Positions 51,582 to 62,075 of a stretch of DNA of 64,000 nt are shown here, piece after piece. The stretch lies in the IMG/VR virus record IMGVR_UViG_3300007735_000799, positions 55,267 through 119,266 of that record; one strand, given 5' to 3'. Source of the stretch: a virus. The notes beneath the pieces were generated by a model. That model did not search any database and was not told where the DNA came from. It was given only the letters and a program-made list of their open reading frames with translations. The position numbers were made by a program, and so were the translations under genes. Numbering within the stretch: the first letter of the stretch is position 1; every line of letters starts with the position of its first letter.

Positions 51582-53296
51582 GCAATCTTACTGAAGTTAT
51601 TCTTCTTAGTGAAGGTAAGATGGCTGGTGAACTTGGTTTCTAGCAATTCCTTTGGTTTATGTGAGATCACGAACGCATTGGTTCCGTCTCCAATAGCCCG
51701 AAGAATCTCAAGGAATGATTCCACCGAAGCATCATCAAGGCTACCGTCTAGAACCTCATCCATAATCAACAGATTGGTGTCTAGGCTGTTCTTCAGGGTA
51801 GCGATGGTTCGCCACGCAAACAGCAGGGCCAAATCAATCTTACGCTTCTCGCCTTCCGAGAATGAAGAGTATGTAAACACATCACGATGTCGGCTTTTGA
51901 TGGTTTCGTTGAACTCTTCATCCAAGTTGAATGATACAAACAATCCCATCTGATTCAGGTATCGGTTGATGATTTGATTGATGACGGGAATGTAATGCTT
52001 GATGATTCTGCTCTTGATACCACTATCCTTTAGTAGAGCAGAAGCAATACCAAAATAATATTGATCGTCCACCATCTCTTTTCGGGTGTCTTCAAGTTCT
52101 TGTAATCCTTCTTGCAGTTTAGTCAGTTCTTTTTCGTCTGCATCGCCTTGTGCCTTCTTTGCGGTTTCAAGTTCAACCAAACGACTCTCAAGTTTCTTAC
52201 GATTTGTAATTGTGGTTTGTAGACTTGCCGATGCTTGCGAACGCTTCACTTCAAGCGAACGAATTTCACCAAGCACAGAGTGAATCTGCTCTACTCGTTC
52301 GTTGGCTTTGCCCATAGAATCTTCAATATCGGTGATAGCCTCTTGAAGTTCCTTGCCCTTCTTGGTTTTAGTTTCCACAACAGCAGACTTAAACTGCGGA
52401 TCAATCTTCTGTGAGCAGGTTGGACACGAATCGTTCTTGTTGTAAAAATCTATCTCGTTAACAATAGTCTTTACTTTACCTTTTAGTTGACGCTGAATAG
52501 TAGATAGATCGGTGATACTTTTACTGACGGTATCAGTATCTTCAATCAAAGCGTGTTTGTTGTTGATGTCTTGATCTAGTTTTTCAATTGCTTGAATTAA
52601 AATCTCTTCATCTTCGTTGCACTTCAATACATCTGCACGACATTGATCCGCTGCAATATCTGTATTCTTGCCTCTATTCTCAAGATACTTCTGATTCAGA
52701 CGAACCTTTTCTCGTTCTACATTTACATCTGCATCAGTAACCGCCAACTCTTCCTTGAGTTTAGACAGTTTGCCTTTCAGCAATCCGTTCATTACAGAGA
52801 AGATGTTGATATCAAGAATGGATTCCACAACTGCTCTGCGCTCGGCTGCGGTTAAACGCATGAACGGAACATAGTTGGCTGAACCTAAGATTACCACCTG
52901 ACAGAACGCTTTGTATGACATACGAAGAACTTGTTCTTCAAACTGCTTTTGGTAATCTTTGCTCTTGGCGTCCTGATCTACAAGTTTGCCGTTCTTGTAA
53001 ATCTCAAATACAGCAGGTTCTAGTCCACGCTTAATTAAGTAGACATCAGAGCCAACTTCCATATCAAGTTCAACAAGGCAATCCTTTTCGTTTACCGAAT
53101 TCACGAGTTGCGGCTTGTTGATGTTGCGATAAGGTTTACCAAAAAGAGCAAAGGTAAGAGCATCCAAAAGGGTACTCTTACCTGCTCCGTTTTCACCTGA
53201 TATTAAAGTTGTATTTGAGGCACACAGGTCTACTTTCGTAGGATACTGTCCTGTAGAAAGGAAGTTAGACCAGCGTATCTGCTTAAATTTAATCAT
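51578..53296 (-). CDS. gp46: Rad50/SMC-like recombination endonuclease subunit
   Basis: GENGAGKST, QVVILGS, CPTC zinc hook, FSEGE signature, IMDEVLDGSLD, ISH. Confidence 0.95.
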   Translation of the reverse strand: MIKFKQIRWSNFLSTGQYPTKVDLCASNTTLISGENGAGKSTLLDALTFALFGKPYRNINKPQLVNSVNEKDCLVELDMEVGSDVYLIKRGLEPAVFEIYKNGKLVDQDAKSKDYQKQFEEQVLRMSYKAFCQVVILGSANYVPFMRLTAAERRAVVESILDINIFSVMNGLLKGKLSKLKEELAVTDADVNVEREKVRLNQKYLENRGKNTDIAADQCRADVLKCNEDEEILIQAIEKLDQDINNKHALIEDTDTVSKSITDLSTIQRQLKGKVKTIVNEIDFYNKNDSCPTCSQKIDPQFKSAVVETKTKKGKELQEAITDIEDSMGKANERVEQIHSVLGEIRSLEVKRSQASASLQTTITNRKKLESRLVELETAKKAQGDADEKELTKLQEGLQELEDTRKEMVDDQYYFGIASALLKDSGIKSRIIKHYIPVINQIINRYLNQMGLFVSFNLDEEFNETIKSRHRDVFTYSSFSEGEKRKIDLALLFAWRTIATLKNSLDTNLLIMDEVLDGSLDDASVESFLEILRAIGDGTNAFVISHKPKELLETKFTSHLTFTKKNNFSKIA

Positions 53297-53322
53297 GGTA
53301 TAAAAATCTCTTTAAGGTGAAA

Positions 53323-53436
53323 TTACTTGTTCCAAGGCATCTTGGTTGAAACCCACTTCCAAAGTGGTGCTCCAATTAGTGCGCCTGCAACAAACATCAA
53401 TACACTCCACCATGCAGTTCCTAGTAGTTCGCTCAT
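53323..53436 (-). CDS. 37-aa membrane peptide (not in ORF track)
   Basis: AGGAGG RBS; MSELLGTAWWSVLMFVAGALIGAPLWKWVSTKMPWNK. Confidence 0.65.
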   Translation of the reverse strand: MSELLGTAWWSVLMFVAGALIGAPLWKWVSTKMPWNK

Positions 53437-53468
53437 GTTAGTCTCCTCCTTTCCTACCTGTATTTAGG

Positions 53469-54083
53469 TCAGGGATAGTAAGAAAGAAGAGCCTCTCTGA
53501 TACGGTTTGGTATCTTTTTATCTGCTTTTGCTTTAAAAGTATCAGGCATCATACCAATAAGTTTGCGTGAATTCATTGGATCCTTTGCTCCCTTTCGGTA
53601 ATTCCAAGAACGACGCTCTCGCATAATCCAGTGCATGTAGATGTAACAATTTGCTTGACGAATGTATTTTTCAATATCAACATTCAAGCCAAATCTTCTA
53701 ATCAATTCAACGGTTCGTCTTTCTGCATCTCTCTCCATCACCATAACACGACAAAACGCTTTTTGAATTTCCTTATTATCGTAATTATTTTTATTTGTAA
53801 GCCATTCAAACACTAGAAGACTAGCCTTATCGTCGGCGCGTATAATTTGTTGCGGCATTTCTAACCATTGCAAAAAGTGTGCGTATTCATGTGCAACAGT
53901 TGAAACTGGATCTCTTGATTTTTTCGCAACACGAATTTCTAAAGGTCTATCAGAAAAATAACCAACAGAACGACAACCGTCTCCACAATTTACTTTTTTG
54001 CCTCTGCCAAAAACCAACTTACCACCATATTCAGATAGATGTTCACGGACATGCTTAAGAAAAGTCTTTGCGTTTTTGTCCAT
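53469..54083 (-). CDS. HExxH metallopeptidase-like protein
   Basis: VAHEYAHFLQW...MERDAERR. Confidence 0.7.
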   Translation of the reverse strand: MDKNAKTFLKHVREHLSEYGGKLVFGRGKKVNCGDGCRSVGYFSDRPLEIRVAKKSRDPVSTVAHEYAHFLQWLEMPQQIIRADDKASLLVFEWLTNKNNYDNKEIQKAFCRVMVMERDAERRTVELIRRFGLNVDIEKYIRQANCYIYMHWIMRERRSWNYRKGAKDPMNSRKLIGMMPDTFKAKADKKIPNRIREALLSYYP

Positions 54084-54101
54084 GTGCGGTTTTCCTTTAA
54101 A

Positions 54102-54425
54102 TTACGGTATACTTACAATAAACTCTTCCCCGTATCTAAACTCAACTTGCTCCCCCATAATCTTATAAACTTTATTCTTCTCATCTGCGTTCAAGTTTTT
54201 AAGGTCTTTGAATTCAGAAATCAAAATATCTTCATTCAATCCCTTTTTCTTGCAACTACAAATATTAGGATCATACCACAATCTTGCTCGGTTTATCCAA
54301 TTATGAAAAATGCCTCTATTTTCAAAAGCCTTAATTTGAATGTGAGCAAAGCGGTCTTCAACGAGTCTTCTATCAATGTGCTGTAGAATTTCTGTTGGAT
54401 TTCTTAATATTTTAACATCACTCAT
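54102..54425 (-). CDS. Hypothetical protein
   Basis: 107 aa; CSC motif. Confidence 0.55.
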   Translation of the reverse strand: MSDVKILRNPTEILQHIDRRLVEDRFAHIQIKAFENRGIFHNWINRARLWYDPNICSCKKKGLNEDILISEFKDLKNLNADEKNKVYKIMGEQVEFRYGEEFIVSIP

Positions 54426-54789
54426 TTTCGTCTCCTAATCGGTCAAACCAACTAATCATGGCAGATACTCCAAAGTATGTAGATAAACTACCCAAGTATA
54501 CTACTGGAAGCCATTCTAGGCAAGAGAAAATCGCAGAAAATCCCAAAGAAAGCCATGCCGACAAACAATACGGGCAAGTCACTAATCTTGTAAAAAATGA
54601 GTTGTGTGTGGTCATCCAAAACATTTTATAAGAAAGAGTAAAGTTATATCTTTTTTCTATTTCGTATTCTTTAAGTTTTGTAACTCGTTCAGGTAAAGGT
54701 AAAACTTTAAAATACTCGTAAACAGCAGTTGTTTTAAATACTACAAATAATGTTGCCGCGACCCAAGATATTGCAGCAAGTATGTTCAT
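54418..54789 (-). CDS. Membrane protein, DUF1360-like
   Basis: LVTCPYCLSAW flanked by TM segments. Confidence 0.6.
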   Translation of the reverse strand: MNILAAISWVAATLFVVFKTTAVYEYFKVLPLPERVTKLKEYEIEKRYNFTLSYKMFWMTTHNSFFTRLVTCPYCLSAWLSLGFSAIFSCLEWLPVVYLGSLSTYFGVSAMISWFDRLGDENE

Positions 54790-54810
54790 GGTGTAAATCT
54801 CCGTTTGTAT

Positions 54811-55695
54811 TTATTGCTCGGCTTGAGCGTTTAGATACTTTTCTATTTCTTCTTTGTCTGGCGTGTTTTTCAGAATCCATCTTAAGACTATGTTTGATAT
54901 AGCCGTGGATGGTTTAAATGGTTGACCCACTTCCTTTACTTTAACATACTGAAATTCTTTAACAACCTTTGGTTTTGGTAAATTGGTTGCGCCTGCAAAT
55001 TGTTGTCTAGTCTTATCTGCACCAGCAGGGGGTTTAAAATAAACCGTATTTTCTTCTCCACCAAGAATAACAAAAGCGTCTCCGTTAATCAAGTTGGAAG
55101 GATAGTTTTTAAACAAGAAATGTTTCATGGTTTCTGCTGCACCACTATGAGTTCCAATCAATACGGTAACAGGAACTGTTCTATCTCGGTTCATGTTGGC
55201 TTGAAGCGCAATACGATAATTTGTTAGCACCCAAACAAGATGCATGTCTTCTTTTTTGTAACCCATACTTATCAGTTGAGGAACAAGTTCCTGAAACTCT
55301 TCAGCGTCTTTAAATGTTTTATCAAAGATGATGTTAGGAAGATTGTTTTTATCTGCTCGGTGTACCGCTAAAAAGTTACTCAAAATTTTCTTGTCCCACT
55401 TTAACCGATCACGAACAAATGTGTGAATAAACGATACATCATTAGGATTTCTTAAACTCTTTCCTAACAGTTCAGGATATTTTTTCGTGGTTTCGTTCCA
55501 ACGAAGAATAGTTTTCTTTAGAGCATCAGGATCAAAAACCTTAAAATCATTTGACTGTATGAAATGCTCTATTGCAAAACCTTTGCCTGAACCTGCACCA
55601 CCTGCTAAAAAAATAACTTGTCCTGTTCTCTTGCCGCCACCGACAATAACAAGTTTCTCTTCAAGATATCGTTTAAGTGTGTTAAAAGTTTTCAC
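54811..55695 (-). CDS. P-loop kinase (zeta-toxin/AAA_33-like), candidate internal protein
   Basis: GGAGSGKG, FDPD, IIFDKT, ANMNRDR lid; GTG start giving MKTFNTLKRYLEEK. Confidence 0.75.
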   Translation of the reverse strand: MKTFNTLKRYLEEKLVIVGGGKRTGQVIFLAGGAGSGKGFAIEHFIQSNDFKVFDPDALKKTILRWNETTKKYPELLGKSLRNPNDVSFIHTFVRDRLKWDKKILSNFLAVHRADKNNLPNIIFDKTFKDAEEFQELVPQLISMGYKKEDMHLVWVLTNYRIALQANMNRDRTVPVTVLIGTHSGAAETMKHFLFKNYPSNLINGDAFVILGGEENTVYFKPPAGADKTRQQFAGATNLPKPKVVKEFQYVKVKEVGQPFKPSTAISNIVLRWILKNTPDKEEIEKYLNAQAEQ

Positions 55696-55976
55696 TTGTG
55701 GTGATTCTTTACTCTTTCGGAGGTACTTTTTGCCAAAGTTTCTGTAAACTTCTTGTTGTCTTTCACATACCACATCTCTTCCGTATCGTGTTCCTCTTTG
55801 GTTTTACTGTTTGAAGTTTTTACTTGAGTTGTGGTTGTTACTTTTGGAGTCATTATCATTTTTGCACTAACCGAGCCTGGGGCTTTACCTTCAGAACCAC
55901 TAATTCCCAATCCTTGACCGGATGCAGAATTTGAACTTTCTCTTAGTTTAAGTAGTAGATTTTTAAATGTAATCAT
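55692..55976 (-). CDS. Candidate internal head protein
   Basis: MITFKNLLLKLRES. Confidence 0.5.
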   Translation of the reverse strand: MITFKNLLLKLRESSNSASGQGLGISGSEGKAPGSVSAKMIMTPKVTTTTQVKTSNSKTKEEHDTEEMWYVKDNKKFTETLAKSTSERVKNHHK

Positions 55977-55978
55977 TT

Positions 55979-56419
55979 TTATGGATTAGGTGCTGGTGGT
56001 CTAGGATCTTTATTTGGTGGTGGACGAGTACCAGGATCGCGGGGTGAGGGTTTTGGTGCATCTGGCCCATAAGGTTTTGGTTGCGGTGGTTGTCCAGTGC
56101 CTGGTTGACTACGATCTGCTTTAGGATTCACAAAAGTATTTTGTTGTATTTTAATTTCATGCGCGTGCTTATTTTGCCACATATCAATCGTTTGCTTTAT
56201 AATTTTTGTTTGTTCTATATTTTGTTGCGTATACAGCATTTTTACGGGGTCATCTTTATCATCGGTATTCATTTGACCTTGTGTGGGAACATAACGAAGT
56301 GCTCCTGATCTTTCTGAGGGGGTAATCAGATCTGCTTCTAATTGACCACCACCAATTAAACCCGCAGAATTACCGAAATTTTCTTTTAACTTGTTTATTA
56401 GTTGCTTAAATGTTTTCAT
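55979..56419 (-). CDS. Candidate internal head protein with Pro-rich tail
   Basis: Start MKTFKQLINKLKEN. Confidence 0.55.
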   Translation of the reverse strand: MKTFKQLINKLKENFGNSAGLIGGGQLEADLITPSERSGALRYVPTQGQMNTDDKDDPVKMLYTQQNIEQTKIIKQTIDMWQNKHAHEIKIQQNTFVNPKADRSQPGTGQPPQPKPYGPDAPKPSPRDPGTRPPPNKDPRPPAPNP

Positions 56420-56485
56420 TTTGACATGTCTCCACACTTTATTTATTCCTTTTAGAAGCCCCATTTTACTAAATACAATGGAGGG

Positions 56486-56947
56486 ATGCCTATGTCGTGG
56501 GATTACCGAGTTTTGAGAAAGTACGAACGAGCAGGCGGCAAAACCTTTGTTTTTTACGAAATTCACGAAGTCTACTATAGTGACCAAGGTAAGGTTGCGT
56601 CTATAACAGAAGATGCTGTAGCCCCGTATGGCGAGAACATCTCGGAACTAATGATTGAAATGAGCATGTTTTTGGATGCCTTCACCAAACCTATTCTAGA
56701 CTTTGAGTTAATAGACAAAAAAGGATACGAGGCGGAAATACAAGAGTATCTCCGCCCCGAAAACCTTAGTTTTAAGAAAATGCTTGAAACTGCTCCCGAC
56801 AAGAACGATTTAAAAAATCTTGAAATTGAACTACGCCGAGAGCGCGATCTTGCCGAGGATGTCTATAACGAGGTTTGTGTAGACAAGCCTAAGCAAACCG
56901 TAATGGACTTTATTGAAGTCTTACGGAAGAAGTGGCGACAAGTTTAG
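56486..56947 (+). CDS. Conserved phage protein (W-x-Y-R-V ... IHEVYY family)
   Basis: SWDYRVL...YEIHEVYY; CTAAATA upstream. Confidence 0.7.
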   Translation: MPMSWDYRVLRKYERAGGKTFVFYEIHEVYYSDQGKVASITEDAVAPYGENISELMIEMSMFLDAFTKPILDFELIDKKGYEAEIQEYLRPENLSFKKMLETAPDKNDLKNLEIELRRERDLAEDVYNEVCVDKPKQTVMDFIEVLRKKWRQV

Positions 56948-57267
56948 TCAGTAACCAACTTCAAGCCACTATTTGGAGTAGCAATCTTCTTGGATGGGGC
57001 TACCAAATTGCTGATGAATCCCATACGATACTCTTCAGCCAAATCCTTGAGTGGCTTGAAAGTAAAGTAGGTTGATTCCTTGGGAATCAAGATTCCATTC
57101 TCGGGCAACTCTCCGTACATCAACCAAGGCAGCATGCCAAGGTTTCCCTTGCCAGCAGGCACAAGCATTGCAGGCTTCTTGAGCAAATAGCCTTCATCTG
57201 TGGTGGTGACTTGAGAAATAACATCTTCACCGCTACGCATACGCACAATCAAAATCTCGGGTTCCAT
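56944..57267 (-). CDS. Sm-like domain protein of the T4-like core region
   Basis: IVRMRSGEDVIS...LKKP...PWL. Confidence 0.65.
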   Translation of the reverse strand: MEPEILIVRMRSGEDVISQVTTTDEGYLLKKPAMLVPAGKGNLGMLPWLMYGELPENGILIPKESTYFTFKPLKDLAEEYRMGFISNLVAPSKKIATPNSGLKLVTD

Positions 57268-57282
57268 AGTGTCTCCTATTGG

Positions 57283-58335
57283 TTAGATAAAAAGTGATTC
57301 CATGTAAAGGTCACGAATGATAGACTTGAGTTTGACGGAATTCGTCACCTCTAAATTATCAATCTCCTGATTGATGAGAGAAAGTGTATCTTTACTCACA
57401 TCTACTGTTGTTGATAGTTCCGTTTCGCTGCCTTTGTCTTCAAGAACAGTTACTCCGTGTGCTCCAACGCTATTAATTGCATCCATGAACAGATCAAACA
57501 TGGCGGGATTGCGTTTACGATTAACGCGAACTCGCACAAAAGTTTCCTTGAATCTACTCATGTCGGGCATCGCCTTGGTGTAATCTGTAACAGCATCATC
57601 GTAACCCAATTCACCAAAAATGCGAAGTGGATTTTCAATATACTGTATAGAACGATCTTCCGTATCAAACACATGAAACCCCTTTGGTTCATTCAAATCG
57701 CCAAAGGTAATCTGATACGGAGTACCCAAGTAATGCACATTTCCTTTAGTATGCTTGCAATGAAAGTGCCCGCTGTATACTGCTTGAAACCTTTCAAGCG
57801 GAGCAGGATCCATTCCGTTAGTAAACTGTGTTCCACGAAGAACTTCATATCCTGTCAATTCAAGATGCCCCAAAACAATAGGAGCGTCTGTTGTGGCAAT
57901 CAGTTTTCGTGATGCCTCTTCATTACTGCGATTTATCCACGGCAGAAGAAGAAACTTTGTTCCCCCTAAAGTCAATTCGGTTGGATCTTTATGAACAACA
58001 ATTCCCTGCTTGTCCATACCACCAAAAAGTTCTTCAATTGAATTAATACTGCTGGTATTGCGGAAATAGGTATCGTGATTACCAAGTAGAATGTTTGCAC
58101 GAATTCCCTTTTCAAGCAATTTATTAATAAATCTCTCTCGGGTTTCGTGTAGTGTGGCAAAATTTACAAATTTACGCCTATCCATAAGATCACCAAGATG
58201 TAAAATTTCGGTGATACCTTCTCGTTCAAGATATGGGAAAAATACCTCATCTAAAAAACGGAAGAAGTAGTGCAGAAAAATTGGAGAATCGTTTCTAGCA
58301 CCAAAATGAGTATCACAAAGGATGGCTACTCGCAT
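57283..58335 (-). CDS. gp47: Mre11-like recombination endonuclease subunit
   Basis: DTHFG, HLGDLMD, GNHD, GHLE, SGHFH, YLGTPY. Confidence 0.95.
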   Translation of the reverse strand: MRVAILCDTHFGARNDSPIFLHYFFRFLDEVFFPYLEREGITEILHLGDLMDRRKFVNFATLHETRERFINKLLEKGIRANILLGNHDTYFRNTSSINSIEELFGGMDKQGIVVHKDPTELTLGGTKFLLLPWINRSNEEASRKLIATTDAPIVLGHLELTGYEVLRGTQFTNGMDPAPLERFQAVYSGHFHCKHTKGNVHYLGTPYQITFGDLNEPKGFHVFDTEDRSIQYIENPLRIFGELGYDDAVTDYTKAMPDMSRFKETFVRVRVNRKRNPAMFDLFMDAINSVGAHGVTVLEDKGSETELSTTVDVSKDTLSLINQEIDNLEVTNSVKLKSIIRDLYMESLFI

Positions 58336-58349
58336 ACCCTAATATACTC

Positions 58350-58928
58350 TCATTTCATAAAGTTGTCAAGTCTTGTCTTCTCAGGTTTTTCGCTTTTTGC
58401 CACTTCTGTCTTTTTAGAAGTTTTCTTTTTGTTCTTAATTTTAAACTTCTTTTCAAAAACTTCTACATCTTCTTGCGACAACTGAAGTATATCAGAAAAT
58501 GGATTTTGTTCAGGTTCAAACTTTTCCTTTAACCAGTTGCGAAACTTTCCTGTAGGATCGTGTTCCTCAAACTGCTTCATCTTGATATACAACTGCTTCT
58601 TCTCCTTCTGAATGCGACGAAGAAAAGCATAGAAGATGATCTGTGTGAAGAATGCGAATGGATTCTTTGATTTGGCGGTATCAAAGTTTGTGGTGTACAT
58701 CATGCAGTTTTCCACCGCATCGCCGATCATCTCTTCTTTAAACGGGTAATTGGCAAAGTTTGGCTTCTTTGCCAAGTTTTCAGCGATATCCATAAAGCAT
58801 TGACCGATGTAATTATTAACACCCGGTTTAGGAAGGTTTTCTCGCTTTGCCTTCTTAACTTCCTTCTTGTACTTTATAATTTCTTCTAAAAACTTCTTAT
58901 TGTCTATGTAATGTGAATTTTTCGCCAT
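58350..58928 (-). CDS. gp55: Late-transcription sigma factor
   Basis: HYIDNKKF...YIGQCF..IA...PNF.NY.F.EEMI.DA.ENC...NPFAFFTQI..AF.RRI..EKKQ. Confidence 0.95.
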   Translation of the reverse strand: MAKNSHYIDNKKFLEEIIKYKKEVKKAKRENLPKPGVNNYIGQCFMDIAENLAKKPNFANYPFKEEMIGDAVENCMMYTTNFDTAKSKNPFAFFTQIIFYAFLRRIQKEKKQLYIKMKQFEEHDPTGKFRNWLKEKFEPEQNPFSDILQLSQEDVEVFEKKFKIKNKKKTSKKTEVAKSEKPEKTRLDNFMK

Positions 58929-59045
58929 GATATAAAATCTCCATAAATCTATTTTAATTATTGTGTGACTGCAACTTTGCTCGCATAAATCTCAGTGTCC
59001 GGTTTGATGAAAAGGACCATAAATTACTAGAGTACCTTAAGTAGG

Positions 59046-59519
59046 TTAATCAGAATCTTCTGGTCTACCTTCTTCATCTTCATCGTAGTACTCATCGTCC
59101 TCATCTTCATAATCTCGTATATCTGAATTATACTCTATATCCTTATTGTTGTCAGGATTATTTTTACCATAATTCTTGGATATATCTTCAAAGTCTCTTT
59201 GAATTCTATGAAGTTCATTGTTCTCTAAAGCATCAAAGTACTCGTTAATCATCTCGTCTTCGGGATTTGCAATAAGCATTACTACATCTTTTGGAATCTT
59301 AAAATGTTTATCTTTGCTGTATTCCAACCATTCTTGCATGAAGATAGTCATGCTTTGTATTCCCTTTTTTGATACCACAGGAAGCATGTTTATCTGCATA
59401 GGACTTTCTAGCAGATAGCAGTACTCTTGAAAGTTATTATCTACCGACAATGAGCAGATGATTGTATCACCATTTTTGAATCTTAGAATTTTTACATTGG
59501 TTCTAGATTTTTCGCTCAT
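59046..59519 (-). CDS. Sm-like domain protein with acidic tail
   Basis: ILRFKNGDTIIC...LESPM...QEW; conserved position between uvsW and gp55. Confidence 0.65.
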   Translation of the reverse strand: MSEKSRTNVKILRFKNGDTIICSLSVDNNFQEYCYLLESPMQINMLPVVSKKGIQSMTIFMQEWLEYSKDKHFKIPKDVVMLIANPEDEMINEYFDALENNELHRIQRDFEDISKNYGKNNPDNNKDIEYNSDIRDYEDEDDEYYDEDEEGRPEDSD

Positions 59520-61026
59520 TTTGAGAACTCCTTATTAACGGTAGTTTAATCATCTTGTATGGAAATCCTTCTTCAGAGTATATTTTGATTCTTTCCACAA
59601 AATGCTTTAGTGTGTGATTTTTACGACTCTTCCATCGTAAGTCATCGGAAATATCATACAGTTTTGCAGTATCCTTCTTTTCGCTTTTACGCAACTGCCT
59701 GCCTATGGATTGAAGAACTCGTATTCTACTTTTTGATGGACTAGCAAAGATGATATTTTTCAGACTACGAATATTTATGCCTGTAGAAAAAGTACCATAC
59801 GAGGCTACGATAATGGCATTGTCGTGTTCTTCGGTAACTAATCGTACACTTTCACGATAATCGGCTTCTGTTTCTCCGTGAACAAAGAATATCGGTCTTG
59901 ATTTGGCTTTCTTCTTTATCATATCGTACAGAGGCTTACCGTGCTTTTCTACAAACTGAAACAGTACAAGAGTGTTTCCCTTTGTGGATAGCGCAAGATT
60001 GGTTATGAAAGAATTTCTAGCACTATTAGAAACTAAAAATTCTAGTTCATCCTGATACGATGCTTCCTTGAGAGATTTGCATACTTCAGGTGGATAGTTT
60101 AACACAATACAGTCAATAGAAATGGTAGACAACAGATTGCTGTCAATTAAATCCTTAGTGGAAGTTACCTTAAGCATTGAACCAAACAATCCCTCAATAG
60201 TTAGTTTGTTGGTTTTAGTTCCATCCAAGGTTCCTGTTAGGGCAATGCGATACGGACACTTAGTGAGTTTAGTCATTATGGAAGTTAATGACTGTGCTTT
60301 AAACAGATGTGCTTCATCACCAATCACCACTTCAAACTGGTCAAAATACGATTTTGGTAGTTCGTAAATAGACTGCCATGTGGAAATCACAATTTGCCGT
60401 GAGTCCATTTTTTGCTGTCCACCAAATATTGTGTGACAGTTTTCTTCTGCATCCCATCCCTCAAGTTTTGAGTAATCAGCAAAATCAGATTTCATTTGAG
60501 AAACAAGAGAAATTGTAGGAACCACAATTAGTATCTTGCGATCAGGAGGAATAATATCCTGATACCATCTCAGTAATGAATAAATTATAAGAGATTTACC
60601 ACTAGCAGTCGGTGACAGCAACAAACATCGTTCTCGGTTTATTGCTGCGTGAATAGCCTGCAACTGATGAGGATGCGGCTCAATAGTCTTTCCGTTGGCG
60701 TGCAGTTTAAGACCGCTTAAGAATTCACTAAGAGATTCTTCGGTTACTTGCGGTGGAGTTTCTGTGAATCCCTTGTCAAATTGTAGTGTATAGTTTCGCT
60801 CTTTAGCAAACTGTGCAAGATAATCTAGCAGTCCAATATACAGCAATCCGTTGAAAGGAGAAAACAAACGAATCTTTCCGTCCCAATATCGGTTTTTATA
60901 CGCTGGTGTGAATTTTGCGTTTGGTACATCAAATGTGAAATACTCTTGTATCTCACGAGCAATACCTGGCTCGGTCATAATCCGAGCATGCACAGTATTA
61001 AAACATGTAATAGAAATCACAGACAT
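59503..61026 (-). CDS. uvsW: SF2 DNA helicase
   Basis: SPTASGKS, GDEAH, TGT, QSIGRQLR; T4-like gene order. Confidence 0.95.
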   Translation of the reverse strand: MSVISITCFNTVHARIMTEPGIAREIQEYFTFDVPNAKFTPAYKNRYWDGKIRLFSPFNGLLYIGLLDYLAQFAKERNYTLQFDKGFTETPPQVTEESLSEFLSGLKLHANGKTIEPHPHQLQAIHAAINRERCLLLSPTASGKSLIIYSLLRWYQDIIPPDRKILIVVPTISLVSQMKSDFADYSKLEGWDAEENCHTIFGGQQKMDSRQIVISTWQSIYELPKSYFDQFEVVIGDEAHLFKAQSLTSIMTKLTKCPYRIALTGTLDGTKTNKLTIEGLFGSMLKVTSTKDLIDSNLLSTISIDCIVLNYPPEVCKSLKEASYQDELEFLVSNSARNSFITNLALSTKGNTLVLFQFVEKHGKPLYDMIKKKAKSRPIFFVHGETEADYRESVRLVTEEHDNAIIVASYGTFSTGINIRSLKNIIFASPSKSRIRVLQSIGRQLRKSEKKDTAKLYDISDDLRWKSRKNHTLKHFVERIKIYSEEGFPYKMIKLPLIRSSQNERKI

Positions 61027-61061
61027 CTCCCCTTTATTTAGGGAGGTCTGTACGAGAGGTT

Positions 61062-61499
61062 TTACACCACGCCTTGAGTGAACTTTCGCCATTCTATTGC
61101 ATTGCGAATAATCCAATGTCTCTGAGAAATGCCCTTTAACAGAGATTCTAGATATTCTACTTTTTCGGTTTGCAAAGCAAGTTTGCTTCCCATTTCATTC
61201 AGATGTGGATCAGCATCCATATACAGGCTGATATCTTGTCGCATAATTCGCGTTTGAAATGGTTCCCACCCAAGCGCAGTCAATTGTTCTTGACTCATCT
61301 TGCCTGTCATCCATTCCCACTTATTTTTATGAAGTATTTTGTACTCTGCGGTCAACTTGTTCAAAATTAACCGCTCGTCGTGAAATAGGTTTAGATACTT
61401 GTTATGTAATTGAGGAATACGAGTAGACTCATCGCCTAATTCGGTTTTATCTATACCGATATCTTTTTCTACCATTTCACGAATTTGTTCAAATTTCAT
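61062..61499 (-). CDS. uvsY: Recombination mediator
   Basis: IPQLHNKYL...YMDAD...RHWIIRNAIEW.KF..G. Confidence 0.9.
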   Translation of the reverse strand: MKFEQIREMVEKDIGIDKTELGDESTRIPQLHNKYLNLFHDERLILNKLTAEYKILHKNKWEWMTGKMSQEQLTALGWEPFQTRIMRQDISLYMDADPHLNEMGSKLALQTEKVEYLESLLKGISQRHWIIRNAIEWRKFTQGVV

Positions 61500-61535
61500 A
61501 CCAAATATTGTAGCAGCAATATTGCAAAAGTCAAA

Positions 61536-62075
61536 TTATAAATCTTCAATAATGTAATCGTTTAATGTGAATTTTGCTGTAGCAATAATCGGTTTGTTTT
61601 CAGTATCGGTATAGTTAAATTCAATACCTGATAATTCTGTGGGAAATACCCCACGCATGGTTATTTTTTTATACGGAACTTTTTTGTTTGTAAGATAAAT
61701 CAAAAACGCTTCTTCCCAAACATCTTTTATAGGCTTCACTTCAGTAAAATCTTTATAAGGCGTTGCTTCTCTTAACCATTTTACTATCTCGTAGTAGTTT
61801 TGCATATTTTCATTCACCAAAAAAGTTACTGTAAAATATGTTATAGACGCAGAAACTGATGGTAGTTTTAGATTAGGGCCTAAAAGCGAAGGCACATCCA
61901 TAGGATCAGAACTCACCTCATTTAATGCTACAGTTTGTATAAAATATGAAAATGAGGGCATTCGTTTCATAGCAAATTGAAAATTTTGCGGTATTGCTAT
62001 GTTAGTATTATCTGATGGTCTGTTTATACCACCAACAGGTCTATCAGGTATTCCGTAATAATCTGAATTAGTCAT
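61536..62075 (-). CDS. gp3: Tail completion/tube terminator-like protein, copy 2
   Basis: NFQF.MKRMP.FSYF.Q...F.V.FLV.E.M.NY.EI..W...FP..LSGIEF. Confidence 0.75.
   Translation of the reverse strand: MTNSDYYGIPDRPVGGINRPSDNTNIAIPQNFQFAMKRMPSFSYFIQTVALNEVSSDPMDVPSLLGPNLKLPSVSASITYFTVTFLVNENMQNYYEIVKWLREATPYKDFTEVKPIKDVWEEAFLIYLTNKKVPYKKITMRGVFPTELSGIEFNYTDTENKPIIATAKFTLNDYIIEDL

Noticed and set aside
51578-61026. Inteins or introns in core genes
   Set aside because: Lengths and motif spacing are normal; no intein splice-junction motifs were seen
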